A stretch of 64,000 nt of DNA from Marsupella aquatica. Taxonomy: Eukaryota > Plantae > Marchantiophyta. Position numbers and translations under genes: made by a program. Below the pieces are notes generated by a model. That model was given only the letters and a program-made list of their open reading frames with translations. It was not told the origin of the DNA and made no database searches. Location of the stretch: the NCBI GenBank assembly GCA_973895155.1, contig OZ316895.1, positions 3,335,659 through 3,399,658 of the forward strand. The letters are read 5' to 3'. Every line of letters starts with the position of its first letter. Positions within the stretch are counted from its first letter, which is position 1. Positions 10,122 through 25,600 of this stretch are shown one piece after another.

Positions 10122-12114
10122 CCTTAGATCAGAATAATGCTATAACCACTGTGAGCAAGATTGAAGAGAAGATGAGAGACAGTTCCTGTTGTGACTGTTG
10201 CTATTATAACAATCTGTGGCAGACGTGAATCTCAAATCCATGTGCGGATACATGTCCGTCACACTTTGATCATGTATTAGTTCTGAATTCTGGTTAGTCA
10301 CTTGAATATGTTGCTTTTGCTGTCTTTGAGGAGTGACGAACAATTCATTGACTTAACTATAACTGATCCGAGTATTGATGTCGATGTTGCATGCCATAAA
10401 TCATTTTGCCTCCAGAGACCGTCCTTCACTCTTATCTGGTCAACAATGGAGGCATGATTGCCATTTGCAGATCACGTGAAACACACACACCGACTCTCAG
10501 AATGTTAGGAATTGGATGGCCAGAAATATCTCTGTTTGCAATTCAGTCTGTTTGCAATCTCGGAAGCCGATCTTCTTGCATTGTCAGTACCACTGGTTGC
10601 AAACTCAGTGACCTTGCACTGTCATGTAGGTGCAAACCCCATCAATCATAGCTCACAAGCAAGCAAAGCCCTTGCATTGTCCATCCTTTTCATTTCTGGT
10701 CGAATTCAATCCAATCTTGTTACGTATTGTACGGCTGGACCTCCCTGTCGGGACTCGTGCAATCAGTAGTTATCCCTCCATCTAGGTTGCAAGTCATATC
10801 CATTACCACCCTGGCCATAATCTCAAAAAATTGGAGTCGATTAAATACATCTCTACTATTGCCCGCTCCCCGTTTAGAATGCCCATTGTGACCTAGACCT
10901 TGCCGGCTTAGTACTCGAATTACTCGAGAAAGTTCAGTTTTGGGTGTGGCCTGTTGAATAATTATGCGTAGGAGGTAGTCTGGACAACCCCATGACAATC
11001 ACATACTTTATTATCAGTAGTAAAAATTTCCAGACTCCAGAGGTTTTTATTCGAAGGACACGAATGAGCGAGCCGAGCCTGTCGGTTCACCGTCTTGTGC
11101 TCTGTCAATAAAGACCACTGGACCTTTCTATCCGATAAAACACGAGAAAACCTTCTCCATACTTTTCTCTGAAAAGCAAGAGAGAAATTTCCACTCCACT
11201 TGCTAAATTGCAGTATCAAGGGTAAAGGTGCATTGTAGAAGGTGGAAAGTCGGACTTGCACAGTCGAAACTTCATCTCGTGATCAACAAAGCATGGCCGT
11301 TGGCAGCAGGTTGTACATTTGCGAATTTTTGCCTACTAACTGGAAAGTGGCCAGCCAATGGGCAAAGCAGCGAGGTGCGCTCTACGCAGCTCTCGGGTGA
11401 ACAATGGGACAGATCCATCGTTTGACGATCTTAATCAACATAAGGAACACTGCTTTCCTATTCTTGCAGCCCAGCACATCAGCAATCAGATGCACAGTTC
11501 GCTCACGGTGAGAAAGGGAGGAAAATGAACCTTCAGAGAACGACACAGAGATCCTGAGCCGTCAACAAAAACTTAGCCTACGAATAACTGAGCCCACATA
11601 CACACGAGGCATCAGCCAAGAAGACCCACGTGATGTTGTAGTAACACCAATAGCAAGAGAGAGTAAGCTTCAAGCAAGCTGAGCACATAGAGGCATAGAG
11701 CTCAAGAATCACACCATACCGATGATATAAGACACACAAAACAGAACTGAATGATGCGCAGTACATGGACAGTCCATAATTGTATCCCGGCTCAAAGAAC
11801 TGAAAACACGCTGAAGCACAAGCAAAGCTTTCCGGAGATCTTTAGAGTTCTCATAAACACGCCCATTCATGTAAGGGACAATTAATGCCAGCAAAAATGT
11901 TTATGCCCAGTAACGAGTAGAACATTGGGAAAAACAGGAAAATGTGGGTAGGGTAAAGTAAGGGTAAAACTCTCTGTAACTGCGCACTCCTGGGAAGAAG
12001 CTAGAGGTGAACATGTAAACAGAGTTTGCACTATGTGATAAGTGCAACATTGGTAATCTTGCACTTATGAATAGTGCTTGCCCGCAGATCCTCTTGGTTT
12101 GCAATATGTGATGT

Positions 12115-12948
<834 letters not shown>

Positions 12949-13673
12949 TTAATTAGTAATATATTGTCATTATTAGTAATATATTGTCATGTCCAGATTC
13001 ATCATCATATGATCTGGAACTGTCATTTTGGAACTCAGAATCCACAGGGGGTTCTTTTCTTAGTGTCATTTTTGTTAATCCATAGGAGACTAATCAGGAA
13101 CCTACTTTTTATATTCTTTTGATATTTGTACTCACACCCTCATTAGTGTGTGTGAGACTATTTAAGCAGGGAGACTAATGATACTAATTAGGGTAAACAG
13201 TGTAGATGCAGTAACCCAGAATTCGCATTCGCAGTAATAGAGGGTGCACTTAGGCTTTCCCGGTAGGAAAGGCAAACAAAGCTCAACTTGTGTCTTAAGT
13301 TTACAAAAGTACAGTAGTGTTACTCTGTTGAATGTTGAAACAGAGAGGCAAACAATCAACATTGAAGGTTTTTTTGGAAGGACATGTGATCTGCTTCTCT
13401 TCCAAGCGAAAGAATTCTGCTCAGGACCTCGTTTTTATCCTCGCCTGGAGAGAGCTGGCTGATCAGCCGGACTCGGAAGTGTTGCCAAATTCTGAGAATT
13501 GGAGGCGGAAATCAGGTCTTTGTTGAGATTGCTGAATTGTCCTCTACAACGCAAAGGTTGGAGGTGTCCCGTGGTCGCTTCCTCAGCAGCGAGAGTTTTT
13601 TGCATGAGGTCTTCGTTTGTTGGCAATATTTTATTGCCTTCTGGAGTGGCTGGACGGTCTCCGTGCCGCAGCC

Positions 13674-16600
13674 ATGCCGGGTCTCCAGGTAAGCTGCTGA
13701 GCCCTAGCAGCGTTCATAGGTTGGGAGGTTCTGGGGCTGGCGCTTAATTTTAGAGATTCAAAAATTCCGAAGGAGTTCTCTGAAGCATTTTTGGCTGCCA
13801 AGTCATCATTCGGTTTGAAAATGAGGAATTCTCTAGTCTTAAACTTAAAAGCACTCTAATCTATCCTACGATGTGCCATTTGGCTGTGAAGAAGGTATCA
13901 ACGCCTCGGCCGTGAATTTTGTTGGAAGGACTTTCCGCACAGCTTACGGATCAAGATTGCCGGAGCTCAGCTGCATTTCTTTCCCCAGCTTGATGTTGCA
14001 GCGTGGCTTACTTTTGATGATGTTGTGACGTAGATACCGAGGTTGACCACCACATTGAGAGCCTTGAGAAGTCAAAATGACAGTGTTTATGACGTCGATC
14101 ACGAATATGTCCAGCGAAAGTCCATTCTCGATAGCAAGAAGGCAAAAAGGTTAGATGATTCTGGTATCCTGTAATCATTCAACAGAATTTGAATTTTCGG
14201 CGATCTGTAGCTTTTGAGAGCCCCTTTTGTATCCAGCTCTCTCTTCCTTGTTGTAGACGAGGAATTCAGCATACGAAAGAAATTGAAATGAGATGTTAAC
14301 AGTCGCTGTGTTTTTTTTTTTTCAATGTACATACATATACGAGTCTAATGAGCCACATTTGAAATGGTTGTGGAGAGTGCTGACTCTGTTTAGAATAACT
14401 TCACATCGCAGAAATGCTGCCGTTTCAGTTTTAGCGGTCGGCGAATCTGATTTGGCTCGCAAGTTGGTTCCATCGTGGGACTCAGGTACCTCATCCTGTG
14501 GCGCGTGTACTGCATAATAGATCTATGCGTTGCGGAACTGTCTTGATATGAAATGTTCCCTATCTCACAATTCCATCAGTGGAATCTAATTTGCAGAATG
14601 TTGCTCTGTGACAGCTCCTCCACATATTTGCCGCACATATGAATTTTTTTTGAAAGCTGTTGGGGAGCTGGTAAATGGAGAGCTATCAACGCAAGAGCTC
14701 CATCAGTCAGCGAGTATTGTGTATGATTTTTTGTATGACTTGGAAGTCGATGACCATGAAAGGAACACAAAGTCCCTCATCACTTCGAAGCGGTATGCTC
14801 GTTTTCATACTCTTATATCGTATTTAATGAAAGACCGGACGACTGACTATCTTCTACGACAAATTCTGCTGGTTGTTCTCCCTTATTATCTCCATTGGTT
14901 CTGGTGAAGTCAGACCAGTACGTTTGTCTGCGTCTGCTGCTTGAGAAGCAGTGGTATTGTTGGTGCATTAGTCGTCCTTGAAGGTGTCCTTTCATGGTTG
15001 TTTCAAGCCACCACTGGCAATGTAAAAAGGAGAAGTGTCAAACAACCTCTCCCTTGTTTCACTTTCCAGTCCCTGCCCTCCTATAAGATGCCAGCATCCT
15101 CCACAAGTTTAGGGAAACGATGCCTATTTTGGTGAGTTTTGGTCTTACTAGAACTTGCTGGTGACACTGGTGGTTCAAGGAAGATTACAACTACTGGAGA
15201 GAGGGTCATGTTTCTGAATTTCAATTGGTTTTTGGCTAACAGGGATCAGCTCGCAGAAGTGTTTGGGCCTGTAATTACAAATTCAGCACTTTTAAAGGCA
15301 GCAGAACTTGCCCACAAGCTATATATTTGGAAATTGGAGCTCACTACTGGAACGCCAGGGGCAGGGAGTTCGCCATCATCCGCTCTGATGCAAGATGCTC
15401 TTGAGTTTGGATCAGAATTAGAATTCCGGGTTCCAGCAGTTGCTGCTGGACTGTCGGGGCAGGATAGTGAAGATTATGGTTGGGAGGTTCTTAGCACTAG
15501 AGATCCAAAGAAGTTAAAAGAGGCTGACGAGGAGCAATATTCCTTAGAAGTCGTACAAGCTGGGGTCAGGGATCTGTCTCATGAAGGACCTTTTCAAGAA
15601 ATACACAATTTTCCCGAAGAAGTATACAAAGTCCAAGATGACGGAGGGGGATTAGACTTACGATGGTTTAAAACAATGTGTGACAAAGCTGCTGAGTCTG
15701 GGGCTGGGGCCCAGTTTTCTGGTGATGAGCTCGCTGTGGCTGTGGCTCATGTCCTGGAATCTGAACGTTCGGGAGATGAGGTCGGTCGTTTTCTTCAGTA
15801 TCTGTTGCAAAATTCTTTAACGAGGACCTTTAGTTTAGGAGCCCAATCCTAAAATGTTTAATCTTTTAAAATAATTTACAGTGAGGTGCCCGTGTTAGTT
15901 GGTCATCACCAGATGAGGATTATGACTTGATCATTTTTGCGGAGTCTTCTGACGTTGATGAAATGGAACAGATTTCAGGGGACTTGTTCGATCTAGTCGG
16001 GGATGCTTGGTTTGATTTCATTCAGCAACTCTTACAGGTATGAGAAACAAAGGCTAACCAACTCGTTGTCTGTCTCGACACTGACATATGGGAAGCTATT
16101 GTTGAGTTTTGTCTCAACTGTATGATAATATTCTCTGTTGCTAGTGTTGAGTAGGTGAGCTGTGTTGTTGTATTCATAGTGAACATTGCAGTCTGCTTCC
16201 ACAGAGGATAGCAAGGTAGTACCGATCAGTATGCCGATCGTTTATACGTCGTAATTGACAAGCTGCAGTAACTCTCTGGATTTTCTTGTAGCATCGAAAA
16301 GAGTTAGTGGCCCTGATACATAAAGGCTTGACAGCCTTGAAGCTCGAAAAAGCACCACCAGCGCAAGCCCGCATGCCAAGTTATGGAACACAGGTGTTAT
16401 GCTTATTCTTATGCTCAATATGTTCTACACGTTCTTTGTAAACTTTAAGGTCACATGCCATTGCAAAGAGCCATTCAACACGACTCTCTTTAGTCACTTT
16501 GGCTCCTCACCTTTGGCCTCAATTGGTATGGTCACATCTCTCTGCAGTTCTGTATTGCGTGTTTCAAAATTCATTCAGATCCTCGAGCTACGAAAGTGTG

Positions 16601-19600
16601 AAGCTGGCTGCTTCTTCACCATCGAATGTCTTTTTTGTTTGTATTTAAGCTGATGTAGGTGTAGCCTTTCTGATAATTTCTCGCATCAAGTTACTCTGTG
16701 AAGTATTAAGGCTAATCGAAATATGAACTCTTTAGGTGAGTGTCCATACTGGGTCTGAGCGACAGATCGATAAGATTCGGCGAAAGGAACAACGACATGC
16801 TCGAAAAGGGTTCGGAGCTGCTGGGGATGGCGACTCCGACTTGGATTGGCTAACAGGGGCTGGTGGTTTCTCTGCACTGATAAATTCAAGTGAAAAAAGC
16901 AATGCAGGAATGGATAATTTATTTGGAAAGGGTGATGATATTTATGGGTTGTCAGGGGCAGCTTTGCCTAAAGGATCTGTTCGTAAAAGCTTTAAGGGAT
17001 ATGAGGAGGTGAAGGTGCCGGCAACACCAACTGCTCCATTAAAGCATGATGAGCGTTTGGTGAGCATCTACTCTCACATTACTACACTACTTGTCCTTTA
17101 GCCTAGTGAATAGAGGCCAACAACTAAGGTTGTGCGAGCTATTGGTCGTAGGCTGATAGAATTAGAGCTAGTTGAAGTGCATGCATTGTGTGCGTTTTCT
17201 TTGGCCTGCTTACAGACCAGGATTGATGTGTACTCCGCGTCCTTGATTTGTGTGGCAGGTGCTTATCACAGAGCTAGACGAATTTGCTCAGCTTGCCTTT
17301 GAAGGGTATAAATCGTTGAATCGAATCCAGAGCCGTATCTTCCCCACAGCTTATGGCAGCAATGAAAACATCCTTGTAAGAGTCCTTTTCCAGCCAATTA
17401 TCGTATAAGCCAAACAGAAATAGCGGAGCGAATAAAATTAATTCCCCCTTTAATTCTGCTGCAGAATTGGCTAATTGCATATGGCAGAGGTTGCATAGAT
17501 CTTGAATTTTAAGTTTTTGTCTCACCAGTAGCTGTGCCCTTAAGCCAAACTTGCAAGTTTCCTTCAACTTGACATTGGAGAGAACTGCCCTTCTGCAGGT
17601 TTGTGCTCCAACTGGGGCGGGAAAAACGAATATTGCCATGATTGCTGTGCTCCATGAGGTGAGAACACTAGCAGTAGTTTATATATTTGTTGTGGAGTAA
17701 GCAGTGCGACCCGTGGACTACACAATCTTTTATTTATTCTTTGAAAAGTAGATCTTCTATGTGAAGTCAAAGTGATGTGCTATTGGACATGTTTTAACTT
17801 GTTGCCATTATTGTTTGCAACAGATTGGACAACACTTGAAGTACGGAGTGTTGCAGAAAAATGAATTTAAAATAGTCTATGTAGCGCCAATGAAGGTAGC
17901 TGCAAAACTGCTATTCTTTCTCGTAGGGTTACAGCATTCAAAAATTGATATGAATGTCCTTCTTCATTCTCTTTAGTCGAAGGACGGCATCTTCTCTGCA
18001 AACCTTGAGATGTGAAAGCCTGTGAACTTGTCTACGATCAATCGACTTCAGCTCGTCTTGGAGAAGATTATTGTGAATCCAGATATTGACACATTTCACG
18101 CCTTTGACTCTGCTGAATACAGGCCCTTGCAGCTGAAATGACATCTGCTTTTAGTCGGAGGCTCGCACCATTGGGTGTGGTTGTGAAAGAATTAACTGGG
18201 GACATGCAACTCACAAAGCGGGAACTTGAAGAAACACAAGTCAGATCTCTGTCCCTTCTTTACGTATTTTCTTCTCTTGAGATGTCTCTGATTTCTTGAA
18301 GGAATTCTCCTGTTTCCTTCTCAAAGCGTTTTTGTTTTTAGTTTTGGTGGGTGCACCCACACTCGCCAACGCACAAATCTGCACAGGCTTGAACCTGGGA
18401 CCAACGTGCTCATGAGAAACCTGTTATCCGCGGGATCAAGTACTTTGCTTTTCGCCGATGTATTTCTTAGCCGGTTGCCTTAAATGGTCTCACAAAGATC
18501 CTGTCAGTCGTTCAAGATGAGTTTGCAAACCTCAGCGATCGTTGACGTGGTTGGGTTCTTCCCATCCCGCTGCCCGAAAGGTGTGGCTAATTCTTGGATG
18601 CTTTATTTACACTGCAGATGATTGTGACAACTCCTGAAAAGTGGGATGTGATCACTCGAAAGACCAGTGACATGGCTCTGGCCGTGCTTGTCAAACTTTT
18701 GATAATCGATGAAGTCCATCTTCTGAATGATGACCGTGGGCCAGTCATTGAAACAATTGTTGCCAGGACACTCCGACAAGTATGGTTGTTTCCTCCAAAC
18801 TACAAACCATTTTTAAGATGCCCTTGAACATTGCAATTGTTGACACTCGGCTGGCTTCTACTCCACGCTTCACGAGAAGATCCCATGTGCAAATCTTGGT
18901 TATGTACTGATTCGGAGGTTGATTCCAACAGGTGGAGACGACCCAAAGTATGATAAGAATTGTTGGACTCTCTGCAACTCTACCCAATTACTTAGAGGTA
19001 ACAGAGAAGAACTCTTGGGATTCTTGGTCAAGGTGGCCCTGGAACTTTTGTTCATGATCTCATTTTTTCTGTTGACAAGGATTTCACTTGGCTTGTTAAA
19101 CAGACAATGCGTTTAAACAATGTGCTCTGGGCACAGTAATGATCTGTTGCGTTTGATCCTGTTAAGATCGCGCTTGAGTCCCCTGTTTTTGAACTCACTT
19201 TTTACCGTCATGCCTGTCCAGGTCGCAAGATTCCTACATGTTAATCCAGAGACAGGCTTATTCTATTTTGATGCCAGTTATCGACCAGTGCCTTTGTCGC
19301 AGCAATACATAGGAGTCAGCGAACAGAAATTTGCTGCTAGAAATACACTCATGAATGAGATTTGCTACAATAAGGTGAGTAGGTATATATCCCTATCGTA
19401 ATTTGGTTCCTCTTTTACATGGCAAGATTGACGCATGGAATTATGCCGAGGATATTTTATTTCTGGGAGGTTGTTTTGGTGAATACCGGACGTTCATGTA
19501 TCTGAAGTACTAGAAGCTCGCAACAGAAGTTAGAACATTGACATGACTGGTTGGCTTCCGACATTCCTTCTCGTTTCGATTTTACAACGAATGAAGAAAG

Positions 19601-22600
19601 CTATCTATTTGCTTCGAGGAATTGTATAAAGTGAGAGAAGTGGCTTTGGTGTTTCCAGACTAAACTCTCAATGACCTGGCCTGTCTGGTGATTAGTAAAT
19701 GCATTTTGAACCCCTTGGGCCCTAACATGTCAAGCGATCAAGAGTAAAAACCATCATATGACCAGCGATGGGTAACAATGCAATAGTAGTCTTGATTTTT
19801 TGTGTTGTATCGGGGGATGTCACATTTCAATACTGCGTTTTAGCATCTGATGATGCAGCTTTTCAACTATCCATTTTTTTGGCTCAGATTTTGGATGCCG
19901 TTAAAAATGATCAGCAAGCCATGGTATTTGTCCATTCCCGCAAGGATACTGTAAAGACAGCCCGCATCCTGGTAAGTTCTCTCGATTATATTTGTTTCGG
20001 GGAAGAAGTTAATATTCACTTCTAGTCCATTTTATCTTCATCACCTAAAGGTGTGCAAATCTCGCTTTTGGAGAAGTGCTTGCTAACAGATCTTAATGAT
20101 TGGTTCTGGGATATAGGTGGAAATAGCACAGAAGAATGGCCAGCTGGGGTTCTTTTCCAATGTTGATCATCCAATGTACGGCTTACTGAAGGTCTGTGCT
20201 TTACCGTTCTTTTCACTGATGCTACTCGTGTACAGTCCAAATACTTCGAGGAAATCAGTTTATATTACTCTAGGTTACTGTAGGTTACTTGAGGTTACTT
20301 TAGGTTACATGACCTTGTAAGACATCCGAGTCATAAAATGTAACCTTGAGCTACTGAACGACCTTCATGACTGAATTGAGTTAGAATTTCAAGGTTCCCA
20401 ATGGGGGCAAGGGATAGAAATCAGAAGATAGCGAACGAGCCACCTCAATGAAGGCATCGGTGTGAAGTGTAGGCTGTCGCCAAACTTATTTGACTTGCAT
20501 CTTAACGGCAGACAAAATGGGCAGCAAACAGAGGAAACTTTTTGCGAGGCAGAACCGACACTGTGATCTGTAGTGAACTGCCTACAAAATGCATATCTAG
20601 ATGTGACAGGAAATTGTCTACTGATTGATGCTTCTGTACAGAATTTGTCTTCTCATTCACTCTTTGAATTTGCTGCCCATTCCTGTGATGTGTGACTTTC
20701 ATTCATGACAGTTTCTGTACCTTGCTAGGCCCACTTGCCCCCCATGGTTATCACATTTATTCATTTCTTCAATAATCATTGGAGCCCGTTCTTTGACTGT
20801 GTAGTGCATATTAGTTGCATTTGACACCCTGCATTTTTGTGTCCATGGCAGAAAGACTTTGCCAGGTCAAGAAATCGAGAGATTGGAGATCTGTTTCAGT
20901 CATCTTTTGGAGTTCATCATGCAGGCATGTTGCGGGGTGATCGTAATTTGGTAGAAAAGGCGTTTTCTGAAGGCCTCATTAAGGTATCGTTTTTACGATA
21001 GCCACTTCCAGATTCCATGGATAAGGGGCGTGACATATCAAGACGAGAGAGAATGCATGGGATGAAGGATAGTAATCGTGGTTCCTCCTCACAGAAGGTC
21101 GTGTGCATCAATCTGTGAATAGACTTGGGGTGTCACATGTTGCTGGCTAACTGCTTCTGGGACAACAACGTCCTACACTAATTATTCTTGACCACCCCAA
21201 TTTCAGGCAACAGTGACAAACATGAAAATGAAAATGGATCAGTTTTTCACCGACTTGCGATTTGGGGAGATGATATCTAGATTGGCTTTTACTGAAAATA
21301 TCAGTTTAAGTGCTCTAGGAGCTTATTTGTTTGCTTGACTGTGGTAACAGGTCTTAGTCTGTACAGCAACTTTAGCATGGGGAGTAAATCTTCCCGCACA
21401 CATGGTGGTCATTAAGGTGAGTTTTGTTCCTTATGAGAGTGTTGTATTGTTGAATCGAGCACACTTGATTAGGTTCTTATATTTTGAGTGTTGAAAATAC
21501 GGAGCTTCTTCGAGCTTTTAGAATTCAATTCCTCTATATTCCCTTCCCCAGAGTCATCTTTGGAGTCATCCAAGAAACGCCTTTGATGTACTTTAAAAAT
21601 CTTTTGAATGCTCAACCTGGATCGGATTTCTTTCATGAACAAATAAACGTTGTTACAGTCATTATTTCGGACGCCTTCTTTCTGGAATTACCTATTTTTA
21701 ATTAGAGGAGTTAAGCGTACGTGTAGCATTGGAGCACAATCTCGGCCACTGCAGACCAATTTACTGTAAATTCTGACTCTCTTGAAAATGAGCACTAAAG
21801 CAAGTGATGCGATTTCCGAGTATGATCTGTCACAACTATTAATCTTATCATACACTATCCGGGCAGTCAGATGTACCGGTTAGCTTCTCTTCATAGATCC
21901 ACTGGTCCCCTCTGTCCTGGCAATCTCAACGTTACTTGGTCGTCAATGTAGGGGACTCAACTCTATGACCCAAAGGCTGGAGGGTTTCGAGAACTAGGGA
22001 TGCTTGATGTCATGCAGGTTTGTCATCTTTTCCATTACCTGTGCATTTGAATGTCTCCAGTTCTAGCACAGCTTTGCTTGTGTTCATGTACTACTTGTGT
22101 GATGGACGTGTGGGACTTCAAACAGAGAAGGATAGTGCATAAGTGGCCAGGGTGGCTTTGCAGGCACCTATCACCTTGGGTGAAAGACATTAGTTTAAGC
22201 CTACTTGCACTTCGACATTTGCATTGGATGTTTTGTACCGAAAGAGTCGGTGCCCGTAATGTATGCCCATTTGAATAAAGTTGATGTGGATTTCATTATG
22301 ATTCCAGATTGAGGTAGTCAGGAGATTTGTTGATGTTACTTTGTATTGGATATTAACTTTGCTAGTGGTGAAATTTTACCTACAAGATTTTTGGTCGTGC
22401 TGGCCGACCTCAATTTGATACCAGTGGTGAGGGTATTATCATCACTACCCACACCAAACTATCCCATTATCTGCGTCTAATGACTCATCAGCTGCCTATC
22501 GAAAGTCAGGTTAGTACTCACACTTAAAGGTCTAAACAATTCTTGCCCCTTTCGCCAATTGCTTTCCTTTAAATAGGATGTGCTCGATATTTATCAATGT

Positions 22601-25600
22601 CAGGACAAGGGCCAGATTTTCTGTGGAAGAGGGTATATTACCTTAGTTATGCCAACAATGAGTTCCGACCCTCCAATGTGACTCAGAATATTTACCTTTC
22701 TGTCCTCTGACTGCAGTTTGTAAGTTCCCTCAAAGATAATCTAAATGCAGAGGTTGTACTCGGTTCAGTTACTAATGTACGAGAGTCTAGCATATGGCTG
22801 GGCTATACGTATCTCTTTGTACGCATGAGATCAAACCCGCTTGTATATGGCATGACTTGGGAAGAGGTACGCTATTTTCTTTGCAGTGACACTCTTCTGG
22901 ACAACATATCAGTTGGGCTAAGAACTGCATTCCTTTCTTACGAGGGTTTATTAGTTGCTGTTTCTTTCAGCTTCTGGACCCTGTTTTAACTTTGAAGTTT
23001 GGAGCTGTCTTAGTCATCCGTTTCATGATCTGAAAACTCTTAAAGTCATACTAGTATCTAACATAAAATGAAACCTTTAAATGTGTTGATTTGTGGGATT
23101 CTTGAACAGGTGCTGATGGATCCAGAGTTGACAGCAAAGCGCAAGTCCCTGATAACAGATGCTGCTCGTGCATTGGACAAGGCAAAGATGCTAAGATTTG
23201 ATGAGAAAAGTGGCAATCTTTATTCCACAGATCTGGGGCGCGTGGCAAGCCACTTCTACATCCAGTACAGAAGCGTTGAGAGTTACAATGAGATGCTCAA
23301 ACGGCATATGAATGACAACGAGGTCTTTGTCAGCTCTCTTTTGAATTCACTTCAAGTAATCTTGGAAGTAAATAAAATGGGCGAGCAGATCTTGTTCTTT
23401 GTTTGACGACAGGAATTGTTTTAGAAGTTAATAAGACTTTTCTTAGAAATCCAGTTACAAATACCTTCTCTAACTCGTATACATGTCGGTGTCTTCAGAG
23501 AGTATACTCTGTTTTCTGCTTTCCTCCATGGACGGTTCGTTTTCATTCAGTCAAGTGACATTGGACTGTCTGCATAGGTCATTCATCTGGTGGCTCACTC
23601 ATCAGAGTTCGAGAACATTGTCGTCAGAGAAGAAGAGCAACAGGAACTTGCTACCCTGATGCACCAATCATGCCCATTAGAGGCCCGAGGAGGACCTGAC
23701 GACAAATATGGAAAAATCAACATACTCATCCAGGTTCATTGTCCTCATATCATGGAACTTCTGATTTATCTTTTCTGTTCCAAGTCTGGAACTGAGCCAT
23801 CAAATCATAGGTGATGCCCTTAGGATGAGATTATAACGCACTATGTCAAATTTGACATATAAATACCACTTGTATGTTTTCCTCGACCAGGTGTACATCT
23901 CCCGAGGCTATTTGGAGGGATTTTCTTTGATTGCGGACAGTTCCTACATAAATGCCAGCTTGGGCCGAATCATGCGAGCACTTTTTGAGATTTGTATCCG
24001 ACGTGGATGGTGCTCCATGGCAGCCCTCTTACTGGAATACTGCAAGGCTGTGGATCATCGAGTCTGGCCTCATCAGCATCCTTTGCGACAATTTGATACA
24101 ATTTTATCCCAAGAAGTAAGGAACTTTGTAATATAAAAGAGATGACTTGACATGTGAGGACTGAGAAAAGTTGGAATTTCTGAAAAGCTGCTCAAGGGAT
24201 AACGAGGATTAAAAGGAAGGCGGCCAGTATAGAGTGGGTGGACCTTGAGGAGTATTTTTTCAAAGAAACTGGTGAGACTTGACATAGTAATGCAACAGTT
24301 TATCCTTTGACCTAAACAGATTCTCCACAAACTTGAGGACAGAGGAGCTGAGATGGACCGCTTATATGATATGGATGAGAAGGAGATCGGAGCACTCATA
24401 CGCCATCCACATGGAGGGAAGGTTGTACCAAATCCAGAAATTTGTATATATCTATATTCTGACTGTCAGAATTGGTCAGTAGTGATAATATGCTACATTG
24501 AATATCAGACAATAGGGGTTATGTATCTCAAAAGTTTTTAACTCAAAGATAGTCATCTAGTGCAAGCATTGTTTCTATTACCTTATGTTTACTATATCCA
24601 GTGTGCGTATATGTGTTCCGCCTGCCAACCCCTCTCATGCTCTCTTCTGTTATTGCTTTCTTCTGCCCTACAAAAGTGAATTAGGTGAACAGCTGTAAAC
24701 GTCAATAATAGTATATCCTCTCAATGGTTTCTGCTTTGGTCAATGTGTGCAGCTGGTCCGTCAGTGCCTGCAAAATTTCCCAAGGATTCACCTTTCAGCC
24801 AATATTAGTCCTATCACTCGCACAGTTCTTCGGGTACATCTCTTCCACTTGATCGATCTATGCATTACATTCCACAGGTGGACTTTCAGTGGACTTTATG
24901 GTTAAGCTGCTAAGTACCTTTGTTTGTAAGTTCTTAAATTGAAAGGGGAGGCAATGTAAGATACTCTTATTCACCTTGCTCATGGGTAATCGATTAACTA
25001 TGATTGCAAGACTCTTTTTAAAAGTACGTATCTTTTGGAGTTTCCCTGCACAGATAGCCTTGACAATCTCCCCAGAGTTCGTATGGAAGGATCGAGTCCA
25101 TGGTACATCAGAGCGCTGGCATATTTGGGTAGAGGTAGAGATTCTTCTACCATCCATGCTTTTCCTTCGTCCACTGCTTTACTATTTGAAATTTAAAACT
25201 GTCAAAGAATCACCGATTTTAGTCGATGCCATTTGAAATTCCAGGCTCCTTAATTTGATGCCTAAAGATTTGAATCTTCCTTGGTTCTGTTCAGAAGTAC
25301 ATTCTTGAGCTCGGTGTCTTTATTTCTGCAATATTTCGTGCTGTTGCTGGCAGACACTTCACTTGTTGAATGCTCTGATTCTTGCATTTTGCAGAGCCTT
25401 TTGTTTCTCCTTTCCTCCGACGGTTGTTGTGGCGCAGTTTATGTGTCATTATTCTTTTGCAATGTGCTCACATAACATATTCATCTATACATTCTTCTCT
25501 ACTGACATTACTTTGTCTATCCAGGATTCTGAAAATGAACATATATACCATTCAGAACTCTTTGTTCTCACAAAGAAAATGATGGCCGAAGGCAGTCACA

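Noticed and set aside
10400-12100. Short ORFs between the COMM gene and the helicase
   Set aside because: No recognisable motifs or consistent exon chain.
18386-18402. tRNA or SINE suggested by B-box-like GGTTCAAGCC on the minus strand in a helicase intron
   Set aside because: No A-box, cloverleaf or clear TSD.
20984-21350. U12-type intron (donor gtatcgttt)
   Set aside because: The donor deviates from GTATCCTT and there is no TCCTTAAC branch point.
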